Translations under genes and position numbers: made by a program
NCBI GenBank assembly: GCA_038064435.1
Contig: JBBTTC010000001.1
Coordinates: 3,170-67,169 of the forward strand
Source of the DNA: Patescibacteria group bacterium
GTDB lineage: Bacteria; Patescibacteriota; Minisyncoccia; Phycocordibacterales; JACOZG01
Direction: 5' to 3'
DNA: 64,000 nt
Notes under the pieces: generated by a model
What the model was told of the DNA's origin: nothing
What the model saw: only the letters and a program-made list of their open reading frames with translations
The model's database searches: none
Shown here: positions 53,256-62,732 of the stretch, one piece after another
How the letters are laid out: every line of letters begins with the position of its first letter
How positions within the stretch are numbered: position 1 is the stretch's first letter

Positions 53256-56200
53256 TTATGCAAGCTCCTTCAAACTATCGGCGACGATACTCGGTTCGCC
53301 GTTTCGAAAGGATACGCGACCGCGTATTGCCACGCAGCGTTCGCTTTCAAGCAAGGGCTTAAACTGATCAAATAAACGAGAAAAGACCACCACTTCAATT
53401 TTGTCGTTAAAGTCAGCGAGCCGAACAAAAGCCATGCGTTCGCCCTTGCGCGTATTGATGACTTTGGCTTCCTCGATTACTCCAGCCACAATCGCTAAGG
53501 TTCCCTCGCGCGCCGCCTTGGCCGCTTTGATTTGTTCTTTGGCTTGAGCAAATTTTTCTCGAAAGCGGTCGAGCGGATGACCAGAAAGATATAAACCCAG
53601 TAATTCTTTTTCCCAAGCCAGTTTTTCTTCCATGCTGGCCGGCGGACTTGCTTTGAGTTTGAGTGGTGCTGTCGCCACGACGGTGAGAGTACCAAATAGT
53701 GAAACTTGACTGTGGTCCTGCTTACTCACTTCACGATGATATTCAAGCAACTCGTCGAGATTGGCTAAAAGTTGTCCGCGTTCTTCACCCAAGCTGTCCA
53801 CCGTGCCAGCCTTAATTAAGGCCTCGAGAGACTTTTTGTTTAGGTTTTTGTGTGTGACGCGTTCTAGCAAGTCGGCAAAAGAACGGAAGTGTCCTCGGGC
53901 ATGACGCTCGGCCACGATGACGTTGGCAATTTCTTCACCCAGATTTTTAATGGTATAGAGGCCAAAGCGTACTTTGTCACCGGCTGGATCTTTGACCACG
54001 GTAAAATCGCCAACACTTTCGTTGATGTCGGGCGGCAAAACCGGCAAGCTCATTTTTTTGCATTCACTGATGACATTGGAAATTTCTTCCACATCGCCCG
54101 ACTCGGCCGAGAGTACGGCCGTCATGTACTCGCTAGGATAATTAGCTTTGAGATATGAGGTTTGGTAAGCCACGCGACCGTAACTAGCGGCGTGAGCTTT
54201 GTTAAAGCCGTAGGCGGCAAACGGTTCGATGAGTTGCCACAATTCCTCTGCTTTTTTCTTGTCTAAACCATTGGCCACCAAGCCCTTGACCAAGCCTTCT
54301 TTTTGCGCTGCCATTTCTTTGGGAATTTTTTTACCCATGGCTTTGCGTAATTTGTCGGCCTCGGTCCAAGAATAGCCGGCGAGTTTGATGGCGATCATCA
54401 TTACATCGTCTTGGTAAGTGATGACTCCGTATGATTGGTCCAGAATTTCTTTCAACCGCGGATCAAGATATTTAATTAATGAGGGTTTGTGTTTGCGTTT
54501 GATGTATTCGGGAATTGATTCCATTGGCCCGGGGCGATAGAGGGCGACCATGGCATTGATATCGTAAATATTTGTCGGCCTAAGTTCTTTTAGCCAACGA
54601 GTCATGCCCGTGCCGTTTAGCTGGAAGAGTCCGGTGGTCTCGCCGCGCGCCAGCATGGCAAAAGTTTTTTTATCTTCGATCGGGATGTTTTCGATGTCGA
54701 TTTTTTGCTGACTAGTTTCGGCAATAATTCGGATGGCGTTTTCTAAAATCGACAGGTTGCGAATGCCGAGAAAGTCAAACTTGAGCAAGCCGGCATCCTC
54801 CACCGCGTGCATGTCGTACTGAGTAATAATTTTGCCACCCTTAGGGTCGTATTGCAGAGGCACAAAGTCGGTGAGCGGTGTGGGCGCAATGACTACGCCA
54901 GCGGCGTGGACGGAGATGTGTCGGGCACAACCTTCAATTTTGCGGGCTAGATCAATGATTTGTTTTGTCGATGAGTCACCGTCGTACAAAGTTTTTAATT
55001 CAGGTGTGGCTTTGAGTGCGCGCTCAATTGTCATGGGGAAGCCCTGCGAGCCGAGCGGGATTAAGTTAGAAATTTTGTCGCCTACGCCGTAGGGGTGGCC
55101 GAGCGCGCGAGCCACGTCGCGTACCGCTCCACGTGCTAGCATGGAACCAAAGGTACCGATTTGGGCCACGTGATCAGTGCCGTATTTTTGCCGCACGTAG
55201 TCCAGCACTTCATCGCGGCGGCGATCAGCAAAGTCCATGTCGATATCGGGCGGTGATGGTCGGTCAGCGTTGAGGAAACGTTCGAAAGGAAGTTTGTACA
55301 CCAGTGGATCAACATTGGTGATGCCGAGCAAAAAGGATACCAAGGAACCAGCGGCCGAGCCGCGAGTGTTGGTAAAAATTCCATGCTCACGAGCATAGTT
55401 AATAATGTCAGCCACGACTAAAAAATATGGCGCGTAGCCTTTTTTGGTAATAACACCAAGTTCGTAATTGGCACGAGTCTCAGCTTCGTTGGCGCGCTCG
55501 TGTGACCGCGTTTGGTAATCTTCGAGACGCTGCCGGGTTAAGCGTGTTAGTTCATCGGCTGGTGTGGTGCCGGCGGGCAAAGGGAATTCGGGAAAGACCC
55601 AGCGACCCAACTCCAGTTCTAACTGGCAACGCTCGGCCACTAGGGCAGTATTGCTAACGGCCTCGGGCGCGGCGGCAAAATAGCGTTCAGCCGTGGCCGG
55701 ATCAATAAAAGAAAAGTCTTCGTTCTGATTGGAGAAGCGCTTGGTGTCTTCGATGTCGGTATTTGTTTGGATGGCTACTAAAGTATCGTGAGCTTTGGCG
55801 TCGCTGGGGTCGAGGTAGTGGGCATCTTGAGTGGCTACTAGAGGAATTTTAAGTTCATGCGCTAGTTTTATAATTCCCTCCGTCACTTCTGTTTGCCGCT
55901 CAATTTTGGGGTGGTACATAATTTCGAGAAAATAATTTTCGGCACCGAACAAGTTTTGATACTCTAGCGCTACCACGCGCGCGGCGTCGTAACCCTGATT
56001 GACTATGGTGCGCGAGAGCTCGCTGGCGAGACAACCCGAGAGACAAATTATGCCTTCGCGATGCTGACGCAATAGATCTTTATCCATGCGTGGTTTGTAA
56101 TAGTAACCCTCAAGATTGGCCGCGGTTACCAACTTCAATAAATTTTTATAGCCGGCAAGATTAGATGCTAGTAAGGTGAGATGGTAGCGACGATTGTCAA

Positions 56201-56441
56201 TGTTTGATTCCTTATCAAAGCGCGAACGTTTGGCCAAGTAAGCTTCGACGCCAATGATTGGTTTAATGCCAGCGGCGCGGCATTCTTTGTAAAATTCAAT
56301 GGCGCCGTAGAGATTGCCATGATCAGTGAGAGCAAGAGCCGTGAGACCTATTTTTTTGGCTTTGGCCACCATGTCACTAATTTTCGACAATCCATCAAGC
56401 AGGGAATAGTGGCTATGGTTGTGGAGATGTACAAATGCCAT
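53256..56441 (-). CDS. dnaE: DNA polymerase III alpha subunit
   Basis: PHP domain FVHLHNHSHYSLLDGLSKI, polymerase core, HhH, and C-terminal OB fold. Start placed at ATG 56441 (MAFVHLHN). The upstream in-frame extension to 56642 overlaps the divergent gene and was rejected. Confidence 0.9.
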   Translation of the reverse strand: MAFVHLHNHSHYSLLDGLSKISDMVAKAKKIGLTALALTDHGNLYGAIEFYKECRAAGIKPIIGVEAYLAKRSRFDKESNIDNRRYHLTLLASNLAGYKNLLKLVTAANLEGYYYKPRMDKDLLRQHREGIICLSGCLASELSRTIVNQGYDAARVVALEYQNLFGAENYFLEIMYHPKIERQTEVTEGIIKLAHELKIPLVATQDAHYLDPSDAKAHDTLVAIQTNTDIEDTKRFSNQNEDFSFIDPATAERYFAAAPEAVSNTALVAERCQLELELGRWVFPEFPLPAGTTPADELTRLTRQRLEDYQTRSHERANEAETRANYELGVITKKGYAPYFLVVADIINYAREHGIFTNTRGSAAGSLVSFLLGITNVDPLVYKLPFERFLNADRPSPPDIDMDFADRRRDEVLDYVRQKYGTDHVAQIGTFGSMLARGAVRDVARALGHPYGVGDKISNLIPLGSQGFPMTIERALKATPELKTLYDGDSSTKQIIDLARKIEGCARHISVHAAGVVIAPTPLTDFVPLQYDPKGGKIITQYDMHAVEDAGLLKFDFLGIRNLSILENAIRIIAETSQQKIDIENIPIEDKKTFAMLARGETTGLFQLNGTGMTRWLKELRPTNIYDINAMVALYRPGPMESIPEYIKRKHKPSLIKYLDPRLKEILDQSYGVITYQDDVMMIAIKLAGYSWTEADKLRKAMGKKIPKEMAAQKEGLVKGLVANGLDKKKAEELWQLIEPFAAYGFNKAHAASYGRVAYQTSYLKANYPSEYMTAVLSAESGDVEEISNVISECKKMSLPVLPPDINESVGDFTVVKDPAGDKVRFGLYTIKNLGEEIANVIVAERHARGHFRSFADLLERVTHKNLNKKSLEALIKAGTVDSLGEERGQLLANLDELLEYHREVSKQDHSQVSLFGTLTVVATAPLKLKASPPASMEEKLAWEKELLGLYLSGHPLDRFREKFAQAKEQIKAAKAAREGTLAIVAGVIEEAKVINTRKGERMAFVRLADFNDKIEVVVFSRLFDQFKPLLESERCVAIRGRVSFRNGEPSIVADSLKELA

Positions 56442-56533
56442 AGTCGGATTATAGCAGATTGGCTTTGATTTGACCGATAGAACATAGGTGTGATATGATT
56501 GTGATGGCAGTTCTCTAACAGAAAGGAGAAGAA

Positions 56534-57160
56534 ATGGATCGTGACGATGATCGACTTGTCGCCCGAGCTGTGGCCCGAGTGATAGTGAGGATGCCGGATA
56601 AGCTTTATGTGGCTGTTGGAACGGCCCGCCGGCTGGAAACAATCGGTGCTGACAATTACGTCCAGGCCGCGGCGATACTTATTGTGGCTGGTGTGTCGAC
56701 TCGGATCGCTGAAGAGGAGTTTGGATCAGCGAACCAGGGAATTGTGGAACTGGTTAAAGAGTTGGACTTGCGACCACCCAAAGAGAACAACTGGGTGAGA
56801 AAATCGCAGATCACACTTGATGCCGTGCCCGGTCTCACCTATGCGGCCATGCAAATTTTGATTATGGCTAAAATAGATGAGCTGGAGGGCAAACTGGCGC
56901 TGGCCGATTCCAGTCCCACAACCGAATTATGGCCCAATCAGTCAGTGAGCGAACTCCAACATTGGTACAATGTGCGTTTGTGCCAAACAGTTGATCGCCG
57001 AAATCAAAACGATCGGATCAACAATTTGTCGAACGCGTTGTGCCGGATGCTAGAAAAACATCGGGCGCTGATTTCCGAAGTTTGGCCCACGCGTTGCGAT
57101 CAGGATGCCGACATTTTGGAGAATCGCCAGCGTACGCCATTGTTTTCAGCTTTAATTTAG
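56534..57160 (+). CDS. Hypothetical protein (strong RBS)
   Basis: aaaggagaagaaATG. 208 aa with no recognised family. Divergent from dnaE. Confidence 0.4.
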   Translation: MDRDDDRLVARAVARVIVRMPDKLYVAVGTARRLETIGADNYVQAAAILIVAGVSTRIAEEEFGSANQGIVELVKELDLRPPKENNWVRKSQITLDAVPGLTYAAMQILIMAKIDELEGKLALADSSPTTELWPNQSVSELQHWYNVRLCQTVDRRNQNDRINNLSNALCRMLEKHRALISEVWPTRCDQDADILENRQRTPLFSALI

Positions 57161-57235
57161 TCGCTTGATCTCACCGGTTTTTGCCGGGTACTCGTTAAAC
57201 GCGGGTACTCGGCTTTTTTGTTAAAATAATTAAGT

Positions 57236-57820
57236 ATGATTAGGGTGGGAATTGATGAAGCTGGCCGCGGGCCACTGGCCGGGCCGGTGGCCGTGGGTGC
57301 CGTGCGTTTCAATCGGCCGCTGGCCATTCGTGCCTGGCATGATTCCAAGCAACTCACATCGGCCGGTCGCGAGCGTTGGTTTGCTTGGCTCAAAATTAAA
57401 CAAAAAAGTGGCGCGCTTGATTGGACGGTAGCATTAATCAGCGCGCGCCAGATTGATCGGCACGGCCTCACGGTAGCGATTAAATTAGGCATCAAACGTT
57501 GTTTGCTTGGATTGGCCGTTGACCCAGCCAACTGCCGCGTTTGGCTTGACGGGGGGCTGACGGCTCCGGCCGAGTTTAAACATCAGCGCACCATTATCCG
57601 TGGAGATGAAAAGAAGGCGGTAATCGCCCTGGCTTCCGTCGCCGCTAAGGTGATGCGTGACCACCATATGATCAACTGCCACCAACGCTGGCCGGAGTAT
57701 GGCTTTTTCAATCACAAGGGTTACGGCACTTCAGCGCACCACAGCGCTCTGCGTCGCCACGGTCCCTGCCCCATCCACCGCCGCACTTTCGCGCCCATAA
57801 AAATATCAAAAATCAAATAA
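57236..57820 (+). CDS. rnhB: Ribonuclease HII
   Basis: MIRVGIDEAGRGPLAGPVAVGAV...DSKQLT... Confidence 0.9.
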   Translation: MIRVGIDEAGRGPLAGPVAVGAVRFNRPLAIRAWHDSKQLTSAGRERWFAWLKIKQKSGALDWTVALISARQIDRHGLTVAIKLGIKRCLLGLAVDPANCRVWLDGGLTAPAEFKHQRTIIRGDEKKAVIALASVAAKVMRDHHMINCHQRWPEYGFFNHKGYGTSAHHSALRRHGPCPIHRRTFAPIKISKIK

Positions 57821-57981
57821 TCTAGTTCCAATATTTGTTCCATCGCTTGTATTTTAACGACCGTTAATTTACGAACAATCGAATTTTTAAAGGTGAGTGT
57901 CTCCAATTTCATACGATCGTAGCAAGTTTGGGACGGGTGAAAATTGGATTCACAAGGGGCTTGTTTGGGTGTGCCAAATGC

Positions 57982-58056
57982 TTGACACACGTGTTGTGTT
58001 GTGCTACGATCAGACCGGATTTAAAATTGAGGTTTTTATCGTTAACACGTGTTGAT
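57982..58056 (+). promoter_or_regulatory. Sigma70-like promoter (TTGACA -17- TACGAT) with two ACACGTGT-core palindromes (candidate operators)
   Basis: -35 at 57982-57987 and -10 at 58005-58010. Palindrome acacgtgt at 57987-57994 sits in the spacer; perfect 10-bp palindrome aacacgtgtt at 58044-58053 lies between the -10 and the RBS. Confidence 0.45.
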
Positions 58057-58080
58057 TATGAATGCCAACTAGAAAGGAAA

Positions 58081-58518
58081 ATGTTTATGTTCTATTCTGA
58101 TGGGCAACCGAAGTCTGGACACACTCATCGAGAGGCCCCTTCTATGTGCATTACAGATGAGACTCTTGATAAGTTGGGAGAGTTAAATGAGGAAGATCGT
58201 CGGTTGGTTGAAGACATGATCCAGAATTGTGTCTTCTGCAAGCGAATCTGGTTATTCCATGGTAGTCGAGAAACCAAGAAGCCGGAATTTCCTCCCGTCG
58301 ATGATTCCTTCATGCAGAAGGCCGAGGAATTGTTCCGCGGCGAAGGTGAGGGAGCCGAAAAGCTTCTGGAAGAAGTGGCTCGACGCTTGTTCAAGATCAA
58401 CATGATCAACAGACCGTTAGTTCAGCGTGTGATAGGTGAAGTTTACGGCTCTGTACCAACGCCACTCGATTTTTCCGAACGACTTATGGAAAAGCTCCAG
58501 AAGTTGCGTAAACAATAG
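58081..58518 (+). CDS. Hypothetical protein (145 aa), RBS AGAAAGGAAA
   Basis: Start ATG 58081 after agaaaggaaa. No family recognised; acidic/basic helical C-terminus. Confidence 0.45.
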   Translation: MFMFYSDGQPKSGHTHREAPSMCITDETLDKLGELNEEDRRLVEDMIQNCVFCKRIWLFHGSRETKKPEFPPVDDSFMQKAEELFRGEGEGAEKLLEEVARRLFKINMINRPLVQRVIGEVYGSVPTPLDFSERLMEKLQKLRKQ

Positions 58519-58559
58519 GCTGTAGTTTGAGCCGTTTTGTCCCAGGTATGTATTTTTGT

Positions 58560-58600
58560 GCCACGTTTGTTCGCCACGGCGGGTGAACGTGGCTTTTTTC
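58560..58600 (+). terminator. Rho-independent terminator
   Basis: gccacgtt ...loop... aacgtggc followed by ttttttc. Confidence 0.65.
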
Positions 58601-58629
58601 TTGCCTTTTGGGGGCTAGTCCACTATACT
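58601..58629 (+). promoter_or_regulatory. Sigma70-like promoter for rpmF (TTGCCT -17- TATACT)
   Basis: ttgcct at 58601-58606, 17-nt spacer, tatact at 58624-58629, 9 nt before the ATG. Confidence 0.5.
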
Positions 58630-58638
58630 TTAAATTCT

Positions 58639-58857
58639 ATGGTTGTACGGATGAGACATACTCGGGCGCATACTGGCAATCGCCGGTCGCATCATGCTCT
58701 CACTGCACCACGGCTATCCAAATGCCCGAAGTGCAGTGAATTGCATTTGCGTCATCGGCTGTGTGCCAACTGCGGCTTTTACCGCGGCCGGATGGTGGTT
58801 GACGTGGCTGCGCGCGCGGCCAAAAAGGAAAAAAAGCAGGCCAAAAACAAGAAATAG
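58639..58857 (+). CDS. rpmF: 50S ribosomal protein L32
   Basis: [56 protein letters not shown] is the L32 zinc-ribbon pattern. The ORF-track start at 58537 was rejected. Confidence 0.85.
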   Translation: MVVRMRHTRAHTGNRRSHHALTAPRLSKCPKCSELHLRHRLCANCGFYRGRMVVDVAARAAKKEKKQAKNKK

Positions 58858-58878
58858 TTTTTCAAAATTTAATACACA

Positions 58879-59781
58879 ATGGCTAATCGTCATTTATCGC
58901 GGAGCATTGCCGTTCAATCTCTGTTTGAGTGGGACTGCCGAGAAGGTGAAGGCGCTCCGATTGAAGAAATTCTCCGTCGCAATGTTGAGGAATTTGCTCC
59001 CGGCATTGAGGACTCGGTGTTTATTGAAAATTTGGTGAAGGGCGTGATTAAGCATCGGGTCGAACTCGACGACATCATCAGCAAGGCGGCGCCGGATTGG
59101 CCCATTGCCATGATCGCACCGGTGGATCGTAATGTTTTGCGTCTTGGTTTGTGCGAACTTTTATTTTCTGATCGCAAAGAGGTGCCGGCCAAGGTGGCCA
59201 TCAATGAAGCTATTGAAGTGGCTAAAACTTTTGGTGGGGAAGCCAGCGGCAAGTTTATTAATGGCGTGCTTGGTACGATCTACAAAGAGATGGGTGAGCC
59301 CGGGAAGGATGAAGTCTCGGCTCGCAAACGCCGTCCGCCCGAAGTTAGTTTTGAAGACATGCCGGTTGAAAAATTGGCCGGCGCCGTGATCTTTAATCGT
59401 GGCACGCGGGGAGTGGAGCTGGCACTGGTGCACGATATTTTTGGCTATTGGACAATGTCGAAAGGGCATATTGAAGCCAATGAAGATGCTCGCGCTGGTG
59501 TGGCGCGAGAAATCAAAGAAGAATTGTCGCTCGATCTTAAAATTATCAAAGAATTAGGCAATAATGAATATGTGGCTTTGGATCCGGAGAAGGGCAAAAT
59601 TAGAAAACAGGTGACCTATTTTTTGGCCGAGACCGAAAATCCGTCACGATTGCATTTAAATAAAGAACAGGGTTTGGATGATGCGCGTTGGTTCTCGGCC
59701 GCCGAAATCGGTGAGCTCAAAATCTATGACGACATCTTGCCGATCATCACCAAGGGCATTAGAATGATTGCGGCGACATGA
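58879..59781 (+). CDS. nusB: Fusion protein: transcription antitermination factor NusB (N-terminal) plus Nudix hydrolase domain (C-terminal)
   Basis: The N-terminal ~150 aa look like NusB (SRSIAVQSLFEWD..., VDRNVLRLGLCELLFSDRKEVPAKVAINEAIEVAKTFGGEASGKFINGVLG). The C-terminal part carries a Nudix box GHIEANEDARAGVAREIKEELSL (GX5EX7REUXEEXGU). Confidence 0.75.
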   Translation: MANRHLSRSIAVQSLFEWDCREGEGAPIEEILRRNVEEFAPGIEDSVFIENLVKGVIKHRVELDDIISKAAPDWPIAMIAPVDRNVLRLGLCELLFSDRKEVPAKVAINEAIEVAKTFGGEASGKFINGVLGTIYKEMGEPGKDEVSARKRRPPEVSFEDMPVEKLAGAVIFNRGTRGVELALVHDIFGYWTMSKGHIEANEDARAGVAREIKEELSLDLKIIKELGNNEYVALDPEKGKIRKQVTYFLAETENPSRLHLNKEQGLDDARWFSAAEIGELKIYDDILPIITKGIRMIAAT

Positions 59782-60482
59782 ACGATTCTCGCGATTTTTC
59801 GAGTTTAGAAAAAAAAATAGGTTTGACTTTTTCCAATCCGGTTTTACTCAAACAGGCGTTGACCCATCGTTCGTATCTCAACGAACATAAGGATGTTTCT
59901 TGGGATCATAATGAACGTTTAGAATTTTTGGGCGACGCGGTGCTGGAGTTAATAATTACAGATTATTTGTTTCATCATTATCCGGCGGTGGCTGAGGGCG
60001 AGTTAACGGCCTATCGCTCGGCTCTGGTTAATGCCGATTTGGTGGCCGAGGTTGGAGTTGATCTGGATCTTAATGACTATTTATTTTTATCGCGGGGTGA
60101 AGCGCGCGACACTGGTCGCGCGCGACAAATAATTTTGGGCAATACGGTGGAAGCGTTGATTGGGGCCATTTATTTGGATCAAGATTTTAAGGTTGCACAG
60201 TCGTTCGTTGGCCGTTATTTTTTTCGGCGGGTTGACGAGATCGTGGCCAATAATCTCTGGCAAGATGCCAAAAGTTTTTTTCAAGAACAGGCGCAGGCCA
60301 AAGTTAACCTCACGCCCACTTATCAGGTTTTAAATGCTCTTGGTCCGGATCACAATAAGCGTTTTACCGTTGGTTTGTATTTGGGTTCGGCATTGGTAGC
60401 CACGGGTGAGGGGCACTCCAAACAAGAGGCCGAGCAAGCCGCCGCTCGTCTGGGCCTAGAGGAAAAGGGTTGGAAGCGGTAA
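59778..60482 (+). CDS. rnc: Ribonuclease III
   Basis: RNase III signature HRSY...NERLEFLGDAVLEL and C-terminal dsRBD. Confidence 0.9.
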   Translation: MNDSRDFSSLEKKIGLTFSNPVLLKQALTHRSYLNEHKDVSWDHNERLEFLGDAVLELIITDYLFHHYPAVAEGELTAYRSALVNADLVAEVGVDLDLNDYLFLSRGEARDTGRARQIILGNTVEALIGAIYLDQDFKVAQSFVGRYFFRRVDEIVANNLWQDAKSFFQEQAQAKVNLTPTYQVLNALGPDHNKRFTVGLYLGSALVATGEGHSKQEAEQAAARLGLEEKGWKR

Positions 60483-60486
60483 TGCC

Positions 60487-62724
60487 ATGCGTCTTAAAAA
60501 TCTCGAATTAACTGGCTTCAAGTCTTTTTATAAAAAGACGATTTTAACTTTTGACACGCCGATTGCCGCCATTGTTGGTCCCAATGGTTCGGGCAAGTCC
60601 AATGTGGCCGAGGCTTTTCGCTGGGTGCTCGGTGAGCAGTCGGTTAAGTCGTTGCGCGGCCGGCGTGGAGAGGACTTAATTTTTAACGGTACCGGTGCCA
60701 CTTCGCATCTTAATCGGGCCAGTGTTTCTCTGACCTTTGATAATCGCGATCATAAGTTTAATTTGCCGTACGAAGAAATCATTTTAACGCGCGAGGTGTA
60801 TCGTGATGGTGTCAATAATTATTTAATCAACGGTTCAGCCGTGCGCTTACGCGACATTGTGGAATTGTTGGCTGCGGTCTCGCTTGGTGCCTCGGGGCAC
60901 CACATTATTAGTCAGGGCGAGGCGGATCGTTTGCTGGGCGCCAGTTTACTGGAGCGACGGTCGATGATCGAAGATGCGCTTGGACTCAAAATTTATCAAT
61001 GGAAAATTGGTGAGAGCCAGCGTAAGTTCCACAAGACAGAAGAAAATTTACGACAGGTGGCGGCGCGCCGCCAAGAGATTGCGCCGCATTTGCGTTTTCT
61101 CAAAAAAGAAGTTGATAAAATGTCTAAGGCTGATGACTTGCGCCGAGATTTAGTGGTAAAGTATTTGGATTATTTTTCTCATCTCGATAAATATTTGCGT
61201 GAGGAAGCAGCGGTTGTGGCGCGCGGCCGCGCGCCAATTCAAGCGGAATTGTCGCGCTTGAATGAGCAGTTAAAAAAATCCGAACATAATGATGTAACTA
61301 AACCAGTTGCCGATGAGCTTAAGCCAAAATTGGAGGCGGAGATAAAGAAACTAGAAAACGAGAAATCAGAATTAGTGCGACGTTTAGGGCGATGGGATGG
61401 ATTGCTGGAATCAAAAGATTGGGCGGATGATAGAGTAATTGAACAATCAACCTTACCTCGGACGGCAGTTGAAGAATTAATTAAAACCATTCGCTCCTGC
61501 GTTGCCTCGGCTCGAGCAATGAATGACTTTATTTTGGTTCGGCAATCACTGGATCGGCTGGAGGCGGCGCTGGATAACTTTTGGCTATCGGCTAGTCACC
61601 CAGTGGCAATTAGTGGCCGAGATCAGGCAGATAAAATTCGACGTCAGCAAACGGCCGACGTTGAAGCTTTACGTGTATTAGATAATCAGTTAACCGAGCG
61701 CGCCGCCGCGCTAGGGGCGGCGGAAAGCGCGGCCGCCGGGGCGGCGGCCGCGGAACAGTCGGCCCTGCGGGCCGTATTGGAACTCAAAATGCGCCGCAGT
61801 GAATTAGCGGTTGAAGAACAAACCTGGAATAATCGAGCCAGTAAACTTGAGGTTGATAAACAAAATTTTAAAATTGCACTGGAAGAAGCCGCAACGGTGG
61901 CCGGTGCGGCGGCCATTCGTTATGGAACAGTGACCAGCGAACTTTCAACAACTGAGTTGGAGTCTCGGCGCCGCGAGATCGAGAAGCTTAAATTGCGCCT
62001 TGAAGATATGGGTGCGCCACGGGAGGAGGTGATGACCGAGTATCGCGAAACGCAGGCCCGAGAAGAATTTTTAGCTCGCGAGGTGACTGATCTGGAGAAA
62101 AGCGCTGAATCACTCAAGTTGATTATTGCTGAACTGCAGATTAAAATCGATCGTGAGTTTAAGCGCGGTCTGGACTTAGTTAATGAAGCATTCAAGAAAT
62201 TTTTTGTCACCATGTTTGGCGGCGGTACTGCGTCGTTGGTGGTGATGCGCAAAACTAAGCGATCGCGCCGTAGTGACCTGGAATTATTAACCGATGAAGA
62301 GGCGGCCGCGGCTGCCAGCGAAAGCCCGTCTCCGGGTGGCGTTGAGGGGAGCGAAGTTGAGGGAGAGGAAGGAGTGGAAATTAACGTTAGTTTGCCACGC
62401 AAGAAGATCAAGAGTTTAGAAATGCTTTCGGGCGGGGAACGGGCGCTTACCTCCATTGCTCTTTTGTTTGCTATGTCGCAAGTTAACCCGCCGCCATTTT
62501 TAATTTTAGACGAAACTGATGCGGCGCTAGATGAATCAAACTCGCGAAAGTATGGCGAGATGATCAGCGACTTAGCTCGCCATTCGCAATTGATCTTGAT
62601 TACCCACAATCGCGAAACGATGTCGCGTGCCGATTTACTCTATGGTGTAACTATGGGCGGCGACGGTGTGTCCAAACTTTTGTCCATCAAATTTGACGAC
62701 GCCCAAGCCTATGCTAAGCAATAA
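60487..62724 (+). CDS. smc: SMC-family chromosome segregation ATPase, short form (745 aa)
   Basis: N-terminal Walker A GPNGSGKSN. C-terminal signature LSGGERALTSIALLFA and Walker B FLILDETDAALD. Coiled-coil middle with Ala-rich stretch. Confidence 0.8.
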   Translation: MRLKNLELTGFKSFYKKTILTFDTPIAAIVGPNGSGKSNVAEAFRWVLGEQSVKSLRGRRGEDLIFNGTGATSHLNRASVSLTFDNRDHKFNLPYEEIILTREVYRDGVNNYLINGSAVRLRDIVELLAAVSLGASGHHIISQGEADRLLGASLLERRSMIEDALGLKIYQWKIGESQRKFHKTEENLRQVAARRQEIAPHLRFLKKEVDKMSKADDLRRDLVVKYLDYFSHLDKYLREEAAVVARGRAPIQAELSRLNEQLKKSEHNDVTKPVADELKPKLEAEIKKLENEKSELVRRLGRWDGLLESKDWADDRVIEQSTLPRTAVEELIKTIRSCVASARAMNDFILVRQSLDRLEAALDNFWLSASHPVAISGRDQADKIRRQQTADVEALRVLDNQLTERAAALGAAESAAAGAAAAEQSALRAVLELKMRRSELAVEEQTWNNRASKLEVDKQNFKIALEEAATVAGAAAIRYGTVTSELSTTELESRRREIEKLKLRLEDMGAPREEVMTEYRETQAREEFLAREVTDLEKSAESLKLIIAELQIKIDREFKRGLDLVNEAFKKFFVTMFGGGTASLVVMRKTKRSRRSDLELLTDEEAAAAASESPSPGGVEGSEVEGEEGVEINVSLPRKKIKSLEMLSGGERALTSIALLFAMSQVNPPPFLILDETDAALDESNSRKYGEMISDLARHSQLILITHNRETMSRADLLYGVTMGGDGVSKLLSIKFDDAQAYAKQ

Positions 62725-62732
62725 TTTATTTG

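Noticed and set aside
53256-56642. 1128-aa version of dnaE starting at 56642
   Set aside because: The N-terminal 67 residues are non-homologous, low-complexity, and overlap a divergent gene with a strong RBS (56534). The conserved PHP domain starts at Met 56441.
57160-57236. Terminator between the 56534 gene and rnhB (gccgggtactcg ... cgcgggtactcggc tttttt)
   Set aside because: The repeated gggtactcg segments are direct rather than inverted. No convincing stem precedes the T-run, although the T6 tract may still contribute to termination.
58537-58857. 106-aa ORF upstream-extended version of rpmF
   Set aside because: The extension covers the terminator hairpin and the promoter (-35/-10) of rpmF. 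L32 homology starts at ATG 58639.
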